Shown: one piece after another, positions 22,173-32,172 of the stretch
Layout: each line of letters begins with the position of its first letter
Numbering within the stretch: position 1 is the stretch's first letter
From: a bacterium
GTDB lineage: Bacteria; UBA8248; JACPRG01; G963555815
Length of the DNA: 64,000 nucleotides
Direction: 5' to 3'
Assembly (NCBI GenBank): GCA_965218795.1
Contig: OZ244653.1
Span: 2,240,001-2,304,000 of the forward strand
Notes under the pieces: model-generated
Told to the model about the DNA's origin: nothing
The model's input: only the letters and a program-made list of their open reading frames with translations
The model's database searches: none
Program-made: the position numbers and the translations under genes

Positions 22173-23078
22173 TTAGCCCGGCTCCCTCGGGCGGAGCCCT
22201 CCGCGTGGCGGCCTGCGGAGATTGTCTCCGACGAACCGGGCAATGGCCTTATTGCCGACGATGATCGCGCCTTTCCACTCCATAAGCTCCTGCAGGGATG
22301 AGGGGGGAGAGATGTAGTCTCGTCCGAAGCGTTCCAGGGGTCGCCACTTCATGCCCTTCGACCGCCGGACCAGGGCTTCGCCTCCGGCTTCCTTGATCAG
22401 CAGCACACCGGCAGCGACATCCCATATCTTCGGGGCCGCGAACACGGCGTAGTGAAAGGTTCCCTCCGCGGTCAGGGCGATATCATTGGCGATGGATCCC
22501 GAACCGCGCGATTCACCGGGCTGCTTCCTGAGCCGGCTTTGCATCTCAAATATCCTCCAGTAATTTCCCGGAAGACAAACCAAATGTGTAGGAGCCGGCC
22601 GTCCTTCAGCAGCTACGGAGACGCGCGCTCCATCCCGATGAGTGCCGCCGCCGGAGCGGGCATGATACACCCGGCCCTGACCGTCCGGTCCTCCAGCGAG
22701 AAAGACCGCGCCGGCCACCGGCTGTCCGAAATGGAGGAGGCCGATGGAAACCCCGTAAATTTCGAAGCCGCGCATGAAGTTCGTCGTCCCATCCAGGGGG
22801 TCGAGGATCCAGACCCATTCCGGTTGATCCCCCTCCAGACTGAGTTTCTCCTCGCTCAGGATGGCATGGCCGGGAAACTGCGATTCGATTTGTTGACGCA
22901 AGTAATCCTGGCTTTCGCGATCGGCCTCCGTAACTGGGTCCCGCTTCTTTTCCTTATCCTTGAATTCGGACCGTACCCCTTGGCGAAACATCTTCGCGAG
23001 CAGCACGCCCGCATTTCTCGCCATGGCGACCATCCTTTTTTCGATTTTCTTCAGATCCTTCGGGCCGGAGGCATTCAC
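22173..23078 (-). CDS. Inositol monophosphatase family protein
   Basis: DPVTEAD, ILSEE, WILDPLDGTTNF, KIWDVAAG. Confidence 0.88.
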   Translation of the reverse strand: MNASGPKDLKKIEKRMVAMARNAGVLLAKMFRQGVRSEFKDKEKKRDPVTEADRESQDYLRQQIESQFPGHAILSEEKLSLEGDQPEWVWILDPLDGTTNFMRGFEIYGVSIGLLHFGQPVAGAVFLAGGPDGQGRVYHARSGGGTHRDGARVSVAAEGRPAPTHLVCLPGNYWRIFEMQSRLRKQPGESRGSGSIANDIALTAEGTFHYAVFAAPKIWDVAAGVLLIKEAGGEALVRRSKGMKWRPLERFGRDYISPPSSLQELMEWKGAIIVGNKAIARFVGDNLRRPPRGGLRPREPG

Positions 23079-23167
23079 GATCTCGGATTTCCCGGATTCG
23101 AAACGTTCTTGTTTCCTTCGGCCCTTGTCATCAAGCCGGGCCCGTACGCCACTACGGAGTGAAATAG

Positions 23168-24151
23168 CTAGAAGAGCCGGTGTAGATCCTCTTTCCTGAC
23201 CGTAGCCGTTCCGATCTGCTGAACAACGGATTCGGCCGCGCGGATGGCGAATTCCGCGGTCTCCTCGATTCCGCCTCCCGCCAGCAGTCCCAAGGTCAGA
23301 GCGCCGGTCACCGTATCCTTGACACCGGTCGGATCCATGATCTTACTCGGGTCCAGGGAAACCACCGCCTTCCTGTCCGTATCGTTCTCCCGGTAGTTCA
23401 TCCATAGCTCTCGCTCGCCCCGGAGGATCGCCAAAACCTCACACCCGAGCATCTCCCGGACGCGCCTTCCCATCATCTCCGTCTCCATGGGCACAGACGA
23501 CATCTCTCGCAGAAAATAGGTTTCCGCCTGGTCATCGCTCAAGACGACGAGGCGCGCACCGTATACCTCTTTGAACAAGTGAGCCTTGGATTCCACGACG
23601 GTGAACTTCCCCTGATCGCGTCCTTTGTCCAGAAGTTCGCGCGCGAAGGATTGATGGCCGAATATCCCCTTGTCGTAATCCGAGACGACGACCGCGTCCA
23701 CCATGGGAAGATAGTATTCGATGTAGGTCCGCATGGAGGCCATTTCCAGGTCGGTGGGCGGATCGGACACTTCGTAGTCGATTCGAACGACCGGAGACGA
23801 GCCTTCTGTCGACATGATTCGCACCTTTTGGGTGGTCGGCCGCCCGGACACCGGGAAAATCCCGCTCGTTTCGATTCCTGCCTCGTTGCACCCCCGTCTG
23901 AACCAGTGGGCCGCGTCGTCATAGCCGACCAGACCGCAAAGGTAGACCTCCGCCCCGAATGCATTCAGGTTGTGGGCAAGATTCGCCGCACCGCCCAGGG
24001 CGTACTCCTCCCGGGTGGCTTGCAGGATGGGAAAAGACGCCTGCAAGGACGGAGACGACTGGGTCCAAACGTACCGGTCCGCCATCAGGTCGCCAATGAC
24101 GAGCATACGGCAATCTTGAAACCGACGGATCTGGCTGCTCAATTCCGTCAT
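23168..24151 (-). CDS. HldE/RfaE-like PfkB-family kinase domain protein with degenerate motifs
   Basis: VIGDLMADRY, LGGAANLA, RPTTQKVRI, RIDYE, VSDYDKG. The anion-hole motif reads TGVKD. Confidence 0.75.
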   Translation of the reverse strand: MTELSSQIRRFQDCRMLVIGDLMADRYVWTQSSPSLQASFPILQATREEYALGGAANLAHNLNAFGAEVYLCGLVGYDDAAHWFRRGCNEAGIETSGIFPVSGRPTTQKVRIMSTEGSSPVVRIDYEVSDPPTDLEMASMRTYIEYYLPMVDAVVVSDYDKGIFGHQSFARELLDKGRDQGKFTVVESKAHLFKEVYGARLVVLSDDQAETYFLREMSSVPMETEMMGRRVREMLGCEVLAILRGERELWMNYRENDTDRKAVVSLDPSKIMDPTGVKDTVTGALTLGLLAGGGIEETAEFAIRAAESVVQQIGTATVRKEDLHRLF

Positions 24152-24602
24152 GGGGTCTCTCCGTCAAGGCAAGCAAGGCAATCCGCGGGGAAGGCGGGAA
24201 GCCTTGATGCTCATCGATGAACCGATGCTTGTATGCGCAACCTTACACGCTGGAATTCATCACTGACCATGATGACTGGCCAGAACCCAAACGCTGGAAA
24301 AGATTCCAATCACGCGGGTCTGTTCCGGACCATGAAAGATGAGCTGGCGAGCAGCGCCACCCCAGCCGGTGATGAACAGGACCGGCTCACCGCCCGCCCA
24401 CCATGCTTCGAAATCTTCCGGAACGATATAGGGAATTCGGTGTCTGAATGGACTCGCCGAGAGGGACCGAGAGCCTACGCAATCAAGGGAGCTCTCGAGA
24501 CAAAACGACAAGACCTTTCGGGAGACTCTGCTGACCGAAGCGGAGAACTTCCCCCCAATCGACAGCTCGACCGGCTCACGGTGCTTACGAATGCATGTTG
24601 GT

Positions 24603-25976
24603 TCAGAAAGGATAATCCAGGCCAACGCGGACGTTCAACCCTTCATCCGCCGCTCCGATATCAATTTTCCCTACGACATTCGGTCGTACGACCGCCCGGA
24701 TGCCTACTCCATAACTCACCTCGATCTGTCTCAGCCTGATATCTTCGACATCATTGAAGACTTGACCGAATTCAACGAACGGAGCCGCCTCCACGTCAAA
24801 GGGGACCCGCAGCATATTCAGTCGAGCCACCCGAATCCGCTCTTCCAGGTTTATCAGACCCACCCCGCGGTCTACAAACCGACCGCTGGGAAATCCGCGG
24901 AAATCCTTCCCTCCCAGTATGCTCAACTCGTAATGGGGAAGGTTTCTGTTGTCCACGAAACCTCCGAATATTCGCACCGCGCTGACCCATTGCCGACTCG
25001 GCCAAGGGATGTAAGCCTTCGCCTCCCCGATGATTCTTGTGAAAGACTCCGCGCTCCCCAAGGTCTTCTGGGAAAATTCCAGTTCCACCAATCCGTAATA
25101 ACCCTCAATCGGAGTGTTCTCGGAGTCGCGTTGCTCGAAGGTCATACGGATGCCCCGGGCCGAGAAGGTATTCCTCGTCCCCACGCCGAGGCTCCCCGGA
25201 AAGGTATCTCCTATGAAGGGATCGGTAGAGCCTCCACCGTCTTCGATGATTGCCGAGCGCAAGCGTTCGTTATAGCTGATGCGGAAGTGCTCCATGAAGT
25301 TGATCCCAAGGCTCAAAAAGAACTTGAAGTGACTGAGGATCATGCCGGACTTATCCTGCTTTCTGCTGTCCGGACCGAGGCCGTAGAACACCTTGGTGGG
25401 CTCCCGCTCGTAGCGCGCTCCCAAGGCGCCGGCAAAGCGGTCATCTTCTCCGATTCGAGGGGCTTCAATCTGGGCAAGATAATCCGAATCCACATCAATG
25501 GCCTGAACGGCGACCATCTGATACTTGGCCCCCTTGGGGAGATAGCCCAACCACCGAACCGCGCCTTTCAAACCGGTTTTGGTGTTGAAGATGACCGACG
25601 GCGCAAAAATATTCTTGATTCTCCCGCTCCCTTCCTTATCGAAGAACAAGACAACGGGAAGAACACCAAAGTCGGAGCCCATGTTCGGATTCGTTGCGAT
25701 CGCCGGCAAGGGAATAAACAGAGGCTTCGTTCGACGTCCGTCTTCCGACAGAACAGGACGGCGCCTGAACACGGAGGGCATGAACTGCGCCTCAAGAAGA
25801 ATAGGAGAGAATGCATTGACATGGGGTGACTGGATGGTTTCCTCTGGACGGAGGACCATCAGTTTCGTCTTCATGTCTCCTTTCTGAGACGCACTCCAAT
25901 TCGGATTGGGGAATGCCAGCCCGAAGAAGGCAAGAATCAATCCATAGAACACCAACCGTCTATTTCGAGGATTCAT
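24603..25976 (-). CDS. Omp85 (BamA/TamA) family outer-membrane beta-barrel
   Basis: Signal peptide; LGGKDFRGF..GRFVD; YGVGIR; C-terminal aromatic GLDYPF. Confidence 0.82.
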   Translation of the reverse strand: MNPRNRRLVFYGLILAFFGLAFPNPNWSASQKGDMKTKLMVLRPEETIQSPHVNAFSPILLEAQFMPSVFRRRPVLSEDGRRTKPLFIPLPAIATNPNMGSDFGVLPVVLFFDKEGSGRIKNIFAPSVIFNTKTGLKGAVRWLGYLPKGAKYQMVAVQAIDVDSDYLAQIEAPRIGEDDRFAGALGARYEREPTKVFYGLGPDSRKQDKSGMILSHFKFFLSLGINFMEHFRISYNERLRSAIIEDGGGSTDPFIGDTFPGSLGVGTRNTFSARGIRMTFEQRDSENTPIEGYYGLVELEFSQKTLGSAESFTRIIGEAKAYIPWPSRQWVSAVRIFGGFVDNRNLPHYELSILGGKDFRGFPSGRFVDRGVGLINLEERIRVARLNMLRVPFDVEAAPFVEFGQVFNDVEDIRLRQIEVSYGVGIRAVVRPNVVGKIDIGAADEGLNVRVGLDYPF

Positions 25977-26234
25977 CAATATCCACATATGCCTCTGGCG
26001 GTCCATCGGACCATGTCCCGCCATCCATCCATCAAGAGCAGACGAACCCCTCGCTTGCATGACGACCGATCTGATTCAGTTCTTACTCGGCAAGTGCAGC
26101 GGGCTGTTCCTCTTGGACGGATAACAAGTCTCAAGTATACCGTGCAGCCAAAAGTAGCTGCAAGGCAGATACCAGCATAGAATCTCCATTCATTATAACC
26201 CCGATATAAAGAATCCAATCGCGTGACTCTCATA

Positions 26235-26264
26235 TTGACAAAAGGTTGGAGGAGTGCGTAGCGT
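26235..26264 (+). promoter_or_regulatory. Sigma70-like promoter of the downstream pseudogene
   Basis: TTGACA-N18-TAGCGT. Confidence 0.4.
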
Positions 26265-26340
26265 AAAGTAATACTTCAAGATTTCTTCAACAAACAGTTT
26301 ATCCTATTGGGGGAATGATGTCGCCCCAGTTTTAGACCAC

Positions 26341-27330
26341 ATGCGAGTGAAGGCCTGTCTGCTTGTCCTTATCGTCATCATTACGGCGTTTTCCCTAGAT
26401 CCAAGAACCCTTTGGGCTATAAGCTTTGGCAAGCCCGCTGTGATGGATCCGCGGGAGATATACGCCGCGCTGCCAGAACTCCCCCCGAAGAAATAACCCA
26501 GGAAAGAAGGCGTGGATCCTCACGGAACCCTTGGGGTCCCTGTCCGTCCGGAATTTTCAACCCGTTCATCTGCTGTTGAGTTCACCCCGGAACGGGCGTA
26601 TGCCCTGCCCCAAGGACGTATCGATGTCCGCTTGGACATCTCCGGGTCCAACACCTGTTGGATGACACAGGCAAGGAGCCGCCGTTCAAAGCCAATACGG
26701 AAATGATTCGATTCACAGGCCGGGTCAAATACGGTCTGACCTACAAAGCCACTCTGGGTCTCAATATCCCCGTGGTTTATATCCACGGCCCGCTCCTGGA
26801 TGTCTTCATCTAATGTACAAAAATCAAACTTCGGTGTAGGCGACGTCTCTGTCGAGGGAATGTATCAAAATTCTGCAGGAAACCTTCTGGATACCCGCGA
26901 TTTCCATACGGGCAGCCGTAAAATTCCCCACCGGCAAACTTGAATATCTCCATGGAAGCGGCAGGTTTGATGGAGTGTTCGGGGTGGCCATCCAAAAAAT
27001 CCGGGGCCGCTGGAGCGCTGCCACGGGCGGGAGTATGACCATCCCCCCAAATCCGTTCAAGGCCTCGGGACTCAAGCCGGATCCCATTGGCTACGGTCAT
27101 TAAAATGGGCGCTCGGGATTCAGATGAAGCCGGTCGGCGGTCTGATGAAATCAAATACGCAACCCAAAGTTCGCCCTCTCACGAACCGGATCATGGAAAT
27201 CAATCTGGGCGCCAAGTGGGCCTTTGCGCGCGACTGACTGGCGCAATTCGGTATCGTCCAGAATTTTGAGAATTCCTCCGCAGTGGATGCGGATCTCACG
27301 TTTTCCCTCACCATAGGAAGCCGGGTTGAC
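26341..27330 (+). pseudogene. Degraded outer-membrane beta-barrel (DUF3187/transporter-like)
   Basis: Signal peptide MRVKACLLVLIVII. Fragments FGVGDVSVEG...ISIRAAVKFPTGKLEYLHGSGRFD and DADLTFSLTIG. Several stops and frameshifts. Confidence 0.5.
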
Positions 27331-27375
27331 CTCCGATAAGCCCCCGGAACTCCTCTCCGGGGATGAATCGCGTGG

Positions 27376-27404
27376 TTGACAATTTTCCAGTCCGCACCTA
27401 GCAT
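27376..27404 (+). promoter_or_regulatory. Sigma70-like promoter upstream of hpnH
   Basis: TTGACA-N17-TAGCAT. Confidence 0.55.
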
Positions 27405-27579
27405 GAAAAAATAGAAATTTCGATTTCGGCTCGCGGTGGAACGTCGGGCCGGGGCGAAGAGGCGTACATTCCTACAGTTCACTTTCAGGTGGATTCGCCC
27501 ACATTGAATACGATTCACGGGCAGCCAATACCCCCCAAGACTTCCGGGCATTGGCGTTTTATCAAGTAGGAGGACGGTC

Positions 27580-28725
27580 GTGTCCATCCCACTGATACAA
27601 CAATTTCGCGTCGGCACTTACCTCCTGAAAAACAAGCTCCAGGGGAAAAGGCGATTTCCCTTGGTGTTGATGCTCGAGCCGCTGTTCCGTTGCAATCTCG
27701 CCTGCGCGGGTTGCGGAAAGATCGATTACCCAGAAGACATACTGAATATGCGGCTCGGCGTGGATGAGTGCCTCAGGGCGGTGGATGAATGCGGGGCTCC
27801 GATTGTCTCCATTCCCGGTGGGGAGCCCTTGATTCATAAAGAGATTGGCGCAATCGTAGCGGGCATCGTTGAACGACGGAAGTTTGTCTATCTCTGCACC
27901 AACGCCCTCCTCCTGGACAAGCGGCTTGACTTGTTCAACCCCAGCCCCTATCTCACGTTTTCCATTCATCTGGACGGGGATCAGGAACATCATGACGCCT
28001 CGGTCTGTCAGGAGGGCGTCTACGATAAGGTGGTTGAGGTTATCCAAGAAGTCCGAAAACGGGGGTTCCGGGCCAATATCAACTGCACGCTGTTTGATGG
28101 CGTCGATGCGAAAAACGTTTCCTCGTTCTTCGATTCCGTGATGGACATGGGCATCGATTCGATCACGGTTTCGCCCGGATACGCTTACGAAAGGGCGCCC
28201 GACCAGGAACACTTCCTCAGCCGACAGAAGACGAAATCCCTCTTCCGGAATATTTTTCGGATGGGGAAAAACGCCAAATGGCGATTCAGCCATTCGTCTC
28301 TGTATCTGGATTTTCTGGCAGGCAACCAAACATACCACTGCACCCCTTGGGGAAATCCGACTTACAACATCTTTGGTTGGCAAAAGCCGTGTTACCTCCT
28401 GGGCGAGGGCTATACATCGACCTTCCAAGAATTGATGGAAGAAACGGACTGGGAGAGTTATGGAACCGGCAATTACGAGAAATGCTCGAATTGCATGGCC
28501 CATTGCGGCTACGAATCAACCGCGGTCGCAGATATGTTCTCCAATCCGTTGAAGGCCCTGAAGGTCTCCCTCCGAGGCGTGCGGACGGAGGGTCCCATGG
28601 CCCCGGAGATACCGCTGCATCATGCCCGCCCCGCCGTTTATGACTATGAAGAGAAGGTCAAGCAATGGAGTATCGAAGTGAAGCGCAAGGAGACCGGGAA
28701 GCAGGAGACCGCTGCGGTCGCTTGA
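27580..28725 (+). CDS. hpnH: Adenosyl-hopene transferase (radical SAM)
   Basis: FPLVLMLEPLFRCNLACAGCGKI, CTPWGNPT, GWQKPCYLL, CSNCMAHCGYE. Confidence 0.95.
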   Translation: MSIPLIQQFRVGTYLLKNKLQGKRRFPLVLMLEPLFRCNLACAGCGKIDYPEDILNMRLGVDECLRAVDECGAPIVSIPGGEPLIHKEIGAIVAGIVERRKFVYLCTNALLLDKRLDLFNPSPYLTFSIHLDGDQEHHDASVCQEGVYDKVVEVIQEVRKRGFRANINCTLFDGVDAKNVSSFFDSVMDMGIDSITVSPGYAYERAPDQEHFLSRQKTKSLFRNIFRMGKNAKWRFSHSSLYLDFLAGNQTYHCTPWGNPTYNIFGWQKPCYLLGEGYTSTFQELMEETDWESYGTGNYEKCSNCMAHCGYESTAVADMFSNPLKALKVSLRGVRTEGPMAPEIPLHHARPAVYDYEEKVKQWSIEVKRKETGKQETAAVA

Positions 28726-28779
28726 CGCCTTCTCCGCTCCCATTGCACAACGACGTTTCTTCCGATTGACTCCCCGAAA

Positions 28780-29796
28780 TTGAAGATCTTCGTCACGGGC
28801 GGTTCCGGGTTCGTCGGGGCCAATCTCATACGCCTGCTGGTATCAGAGGGCCACACCGTCAGGGCGCTCGTCCGCCCTGGAAGTCTGCGCGCGCACTTGG
28901 CCGACCTTCCCCTGGATCGCCTCGATTGGGAAGAAGGAGACCTGACGGCTGACGGGAATTTTTTACGGTCGGCCCTGGAAGGTTGCCGTCAGCTCTATCA
29001 CGTCGCCGCGGATTACCGCCTCTGGGTCCCCGATCCCGAGCGGATGTATGCCATTAATGTCGAAGGGACACGGTCCATCCTGGAATCGGCGCGGGATGCA
29101 GGCGTGGACAAGGCCGTCCACTGCAGTTCGGTCGCGGTGCTCGGAAATTCACCTGACGGCTCGCCACTGGATGAATCGGCGGATCCCGGTGTCAATGCCC
29201 TGGAAGGACACTACCGAAAATCGAAATTTCTGGGGGAGAAGGAAGCGATGACAGTCAATGCCGAGGGGTTCCCGGTCGTCGTGGTCAACCCCAGCGCCCC
29301 TGTCGGGCCTTGGGACGTGAAGCCGACGCCCACCGGCCGGATCATTCTGGACTTCCAAAAAGGAAAGATACCCGCCTTTTTGAACACCGGGTTGAACCTC
29401 GTGGACGTTCGGGATGTCGTCCGGGGTCACATGCTTGCCATGGAACGGGGTAGGCCCGGGGAGCGTTACATTCTGGGCAACGTCAATCTTTCACTACAAC
29501 AAATTCTGGAGATCCTGGCGGAAATCCTGGATCGGCGAGCCCCCCGAATCCGGATACCGCACGGAATCGCTCTGGCGATGGCTCATGTCAATGAAGCCAT
29601 ATCGAGGTTCATCACGCACAAGCAGCCCCTCATCCCTCTCTCGGCCGTGAGGCATGCGGCCCACTACATGTTTTACCGGTCAGATAAGGCGGTCCGGGAG
29701 CTCGGCTTCCGGCAGACCCCGATTCATACGGCACTTCACGATGCGGCCTGGTGGTTCAAAGAAAACGGGTACGTGACTGGAGAACCGAATTATTGA
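28780..29796 (+). CDS. hpnA: Hopanoid-associated NAD-dependent epimerase/dehydratase
   Basis: VTGGSGFVG, HVAADYRLWVPDP, HYRKSK, DVKPTPTGRII; follows hpnH. Confidence 0.9.
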   Translation: MKIFVTGGSGFVGANLIRLLVSEGHTVRALVRPGSLRAHLADLPLDRLDWEEGDLTADGNFLRSALEGCRQLYHVAADYRLWVPDPERMYAINVEGTRSILESARDAGVDKAVHCSSVAVLGNSPDGSPLDESADPGVNALEGHYRKSKFLGEKEAMTVNAEGFPVVVVNPSAPVGPWDVKPTPTGRIILDFQKGKIPAFLNTGLNLVDVRDVVRGHMLAMERGRPGERYILGNVNLSLQQILEILAEILDRRAPRIRIPHGIALAMAHVNEAISRFITHKQPLIPLSAVRHAAHYMFYRSDKAVRELGFRQTPIHTALHDAAWWFKENGYVTGEPNY

Positions 29797-31004
29797 TACA
29801 ATTCCCCCGGCAAGTCATACAGAAGCCGCGCCGCCCGCAGGAGCAGAACATCATTGACCCCGTCTGAATGGAGAAAGCTGGCCGCGTCCCGCAAGTATTT
29901 CTCCATGGGGTAGTCCTTCATATAACCGTAACCCCCGAACAACTCCATCGCCTCCTTCGCTACTTCGAAGGAAATCTCCGCGGAGAACACTTTGGTCATC
30001 GCCGGCATAGACCATTCGGTCTCCTCGTCGGGGGATTCGATATTGCTGGCGGCCCGGTAGAGATAGGCGCGGGCGGCATCGAGGCGCATCTTCATTCGGG
30101 CGAGGCGGTGGTGGACCAGTTGGTGGTGGATCATCGTCTTCCCGCCGACAAATCGCTCCTTGGCGTGCTCAACGGCCGCCTCGTAGGCCGCGCGCGCCGT
30201 GCCGAGGACGGTCGCCCCGGCCTGAATGCTGCTTCCCTCCGCGGCAAAAAACCGAAGCACGTCGGGCAGGCCGCTTCCGCGACGGCCGACGAGGTTCTCC
30301 TCCGGAATCTCGCAGTTGTTCATGACTATCGTGCTGTTCCAGACAAGCCGCTGGCCCATCTTGTCCTCAGTTTTCCCGATGGAGAAACCCGGCGCATCGT
30401 GAGGGACGATAAATGGGCTGATACGTTCATAGACGTTCTCTTCCGAGTCGGTGACTGCGAATATGAGATAAAGCTTCGAAAGACCCGCATTGGAGATGAA
30501 ATGTTTGGTCCCGTTGAGGACCCAAGCGCCGTTTTTCAACTCGGCCCGGGCCTGGAGCGTGGAGTCCTTTCGCTCAATGGGGACGATGTAGTTTGACCCC
30601 CCCGTCGGCTCCGTAATGCCGATCGAAAGCAGACACTCCGGGTCATCCCGGAACATCGGGATGAAGCGCTTCTTCTGGTCCTCGTTGCAGAGATTCACGA
30701 TGGCGGCGGAGATCTTCCAAACATGGTCGAGGCAGACCGCAAACCCCAGGTCGCCCACCGCCATCTCCTCGCCCACGACGCACCGGGTCACGATGTCGGC
30801 TCCGATTCCGCCGTCCGCCTCGCTCAGGGAGAGCGTTCGAAGACCGAGGGCATCCGCCTTTCGCAACAGGTCCCAGGAAAATCCTTTCTTGGGGTCAGGT
30901 TCACGGTCAAGATGATCACGGACCGGGATGACCTCCTCCCGGACGAACTTCCTCACCGTGTTTCGAAGCATCATTTGCTGTTCAGTAAGACTGAAATCGA
31001 CCAT
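29790..31004 (-). CDS. Acyl-CoA dehydrogenase
   Basis: ITEPTGGS, LNGTKHFISN, EDKMGQR, FGGYGYMKDYPMEKYLRDA. Confidence 0.92.
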   Translation of the reverse strand: MVDFSLTEQQMMLRNTVRKFVREEVIPVRDHLDREPDPKKGFSWDLLRKADALGLRTLSLSEADGGIGADIVTRCVVGEEMAVGDLGFAVCLDHVWKISAAIVNLCNEDQKKRFIPMFRDDPECLLSIGITEPTGGSNYIVPIERKDSTLQARAELKNGAWVLNGTKHFISNAGLSKLYLIFAVTDSEENVYERISPFIVPHDAPGFSIGKTEDKMGQRLVWNSTIVMNNCEIPEENLVGRRGSGLPDVLRFFAAEGSSIQAGATVLGTARAAYEAAVEHAKERFVGGKTMIHHQLVHHRLARMKMRLDAARAYLYRAASNIESPDEETEWSMPAMTKVFSAEISFEVAKEAMELFGGYGYMKDYPMEKYLRDAASFLHSDGVNDVLLLRAARLLYDLPGELYQ

Positions 31005-31073
31005 GAAGATGGACCCTCCCCGCGAACGTAAAATTGAGACCCGTCCCAAACGTCAGTTCTGCAGAAGCTCCCG

Positions 31074-31652
31074 TCATTCCCGGGTCAGGGCGGGCACAAC
31101 CTGCCTGAAGTCGCCGACGATTTCGGACCGATTTCGCTGAAAATGGGGGCCTCCGGATCCACATTGACGGCCACGATTTTTTGCTGGGACCCGCGCCCGC
31201 CATGTGCTGCATGGCGCCGGAAATGCGATGGCGATGTAGAGATTGGGACTTACAACTTTCCCGGTCCGCCCTTCGCCCACGGACTCCCGGCTCGCTCCAA
31301 CGGCTCCCTTGAGAACGCCTGCGGGTGCGTGCGCACAATCGAAGCTCTCGGCCCCTCCGATTCTCCGGCCTCCGCTGGCAACGATCTCCGTCTCCTCCAA
31401 TCGCATCCCCTCGGCTTCGACCCGTCGCGTCTCGACGAAGGCGACCGTCAACCGGCCGGCGTCGATGGAAACTTCACTCTTGACGAGAACCCCTGAGCGC
31501 CCCACCTGCACATCCTCCCGGGTAAAGGCCTTGTTTCGGATCTCGACCCATCCGCCGCCGTTCCCTTTGGGCCGGACATGGCTGATAGCGCTGCCTCTAT
31601 AGACCGGACGGACGGTCTTCAACTCTCCGTCGCCCCAAAGAAGTCGGCGCAA
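31074..31652 (-). pseudogene. Electron transfer flavoprotein alpha (EtfA/FixB), degraded
   Basis: LEETEIVASGGR, GAVGASR, TGKVVSPNLYIAI, ISGAMQHMAG in a shifted frame, IVGDFRQVVP. Deletions and frameshifts. Confidence 0.78.
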
Positions 31653-32172
31653 TCATGCCATAGCTCATCCTCCGGCGGAAGGCTGCGCGCGGGGCCACGT
31701 CCCGGCCCTCCTTTGAGTCAGAGGGCTGACTGGGGCGGCGTCCTCGACTTCATTTCTCAGTGCGTTTTCAATCCTCTGATCGCAAGAAACGGCTTCTTCT
31801 GCCACGAGTTCCTGGCTGACGGCAGCACTCGTTCACGAAATTTTTTCGCGTCATCCTCGGTTGGCTTTGCCCGATTCTTTAACGATGCTCATGCGAGGAC
31901 TCCATTGGCCCGGATGGTGGAATTCAGTAAGATGAAACCTGTCGATTCGCGATGGATCAGCACCGAACGGTTCGAATTCCCCGAGGGCTATCGATAACCT
32001 TCAGTGTGAGTCAGGGCGAACGAATCCTGCCCTGTCCCAAGCGTCACGACTGACCGGTTCATCCCTGGAGACGGCCGAGGGCATGGGGATGGAACATTTT
32101 CCGTTCGGAAGGTGCACGCGCTGCTCCTTTCTCGGCGGGGGGTTCGAATTTGATGGGTGAAACGCTCGGGTT

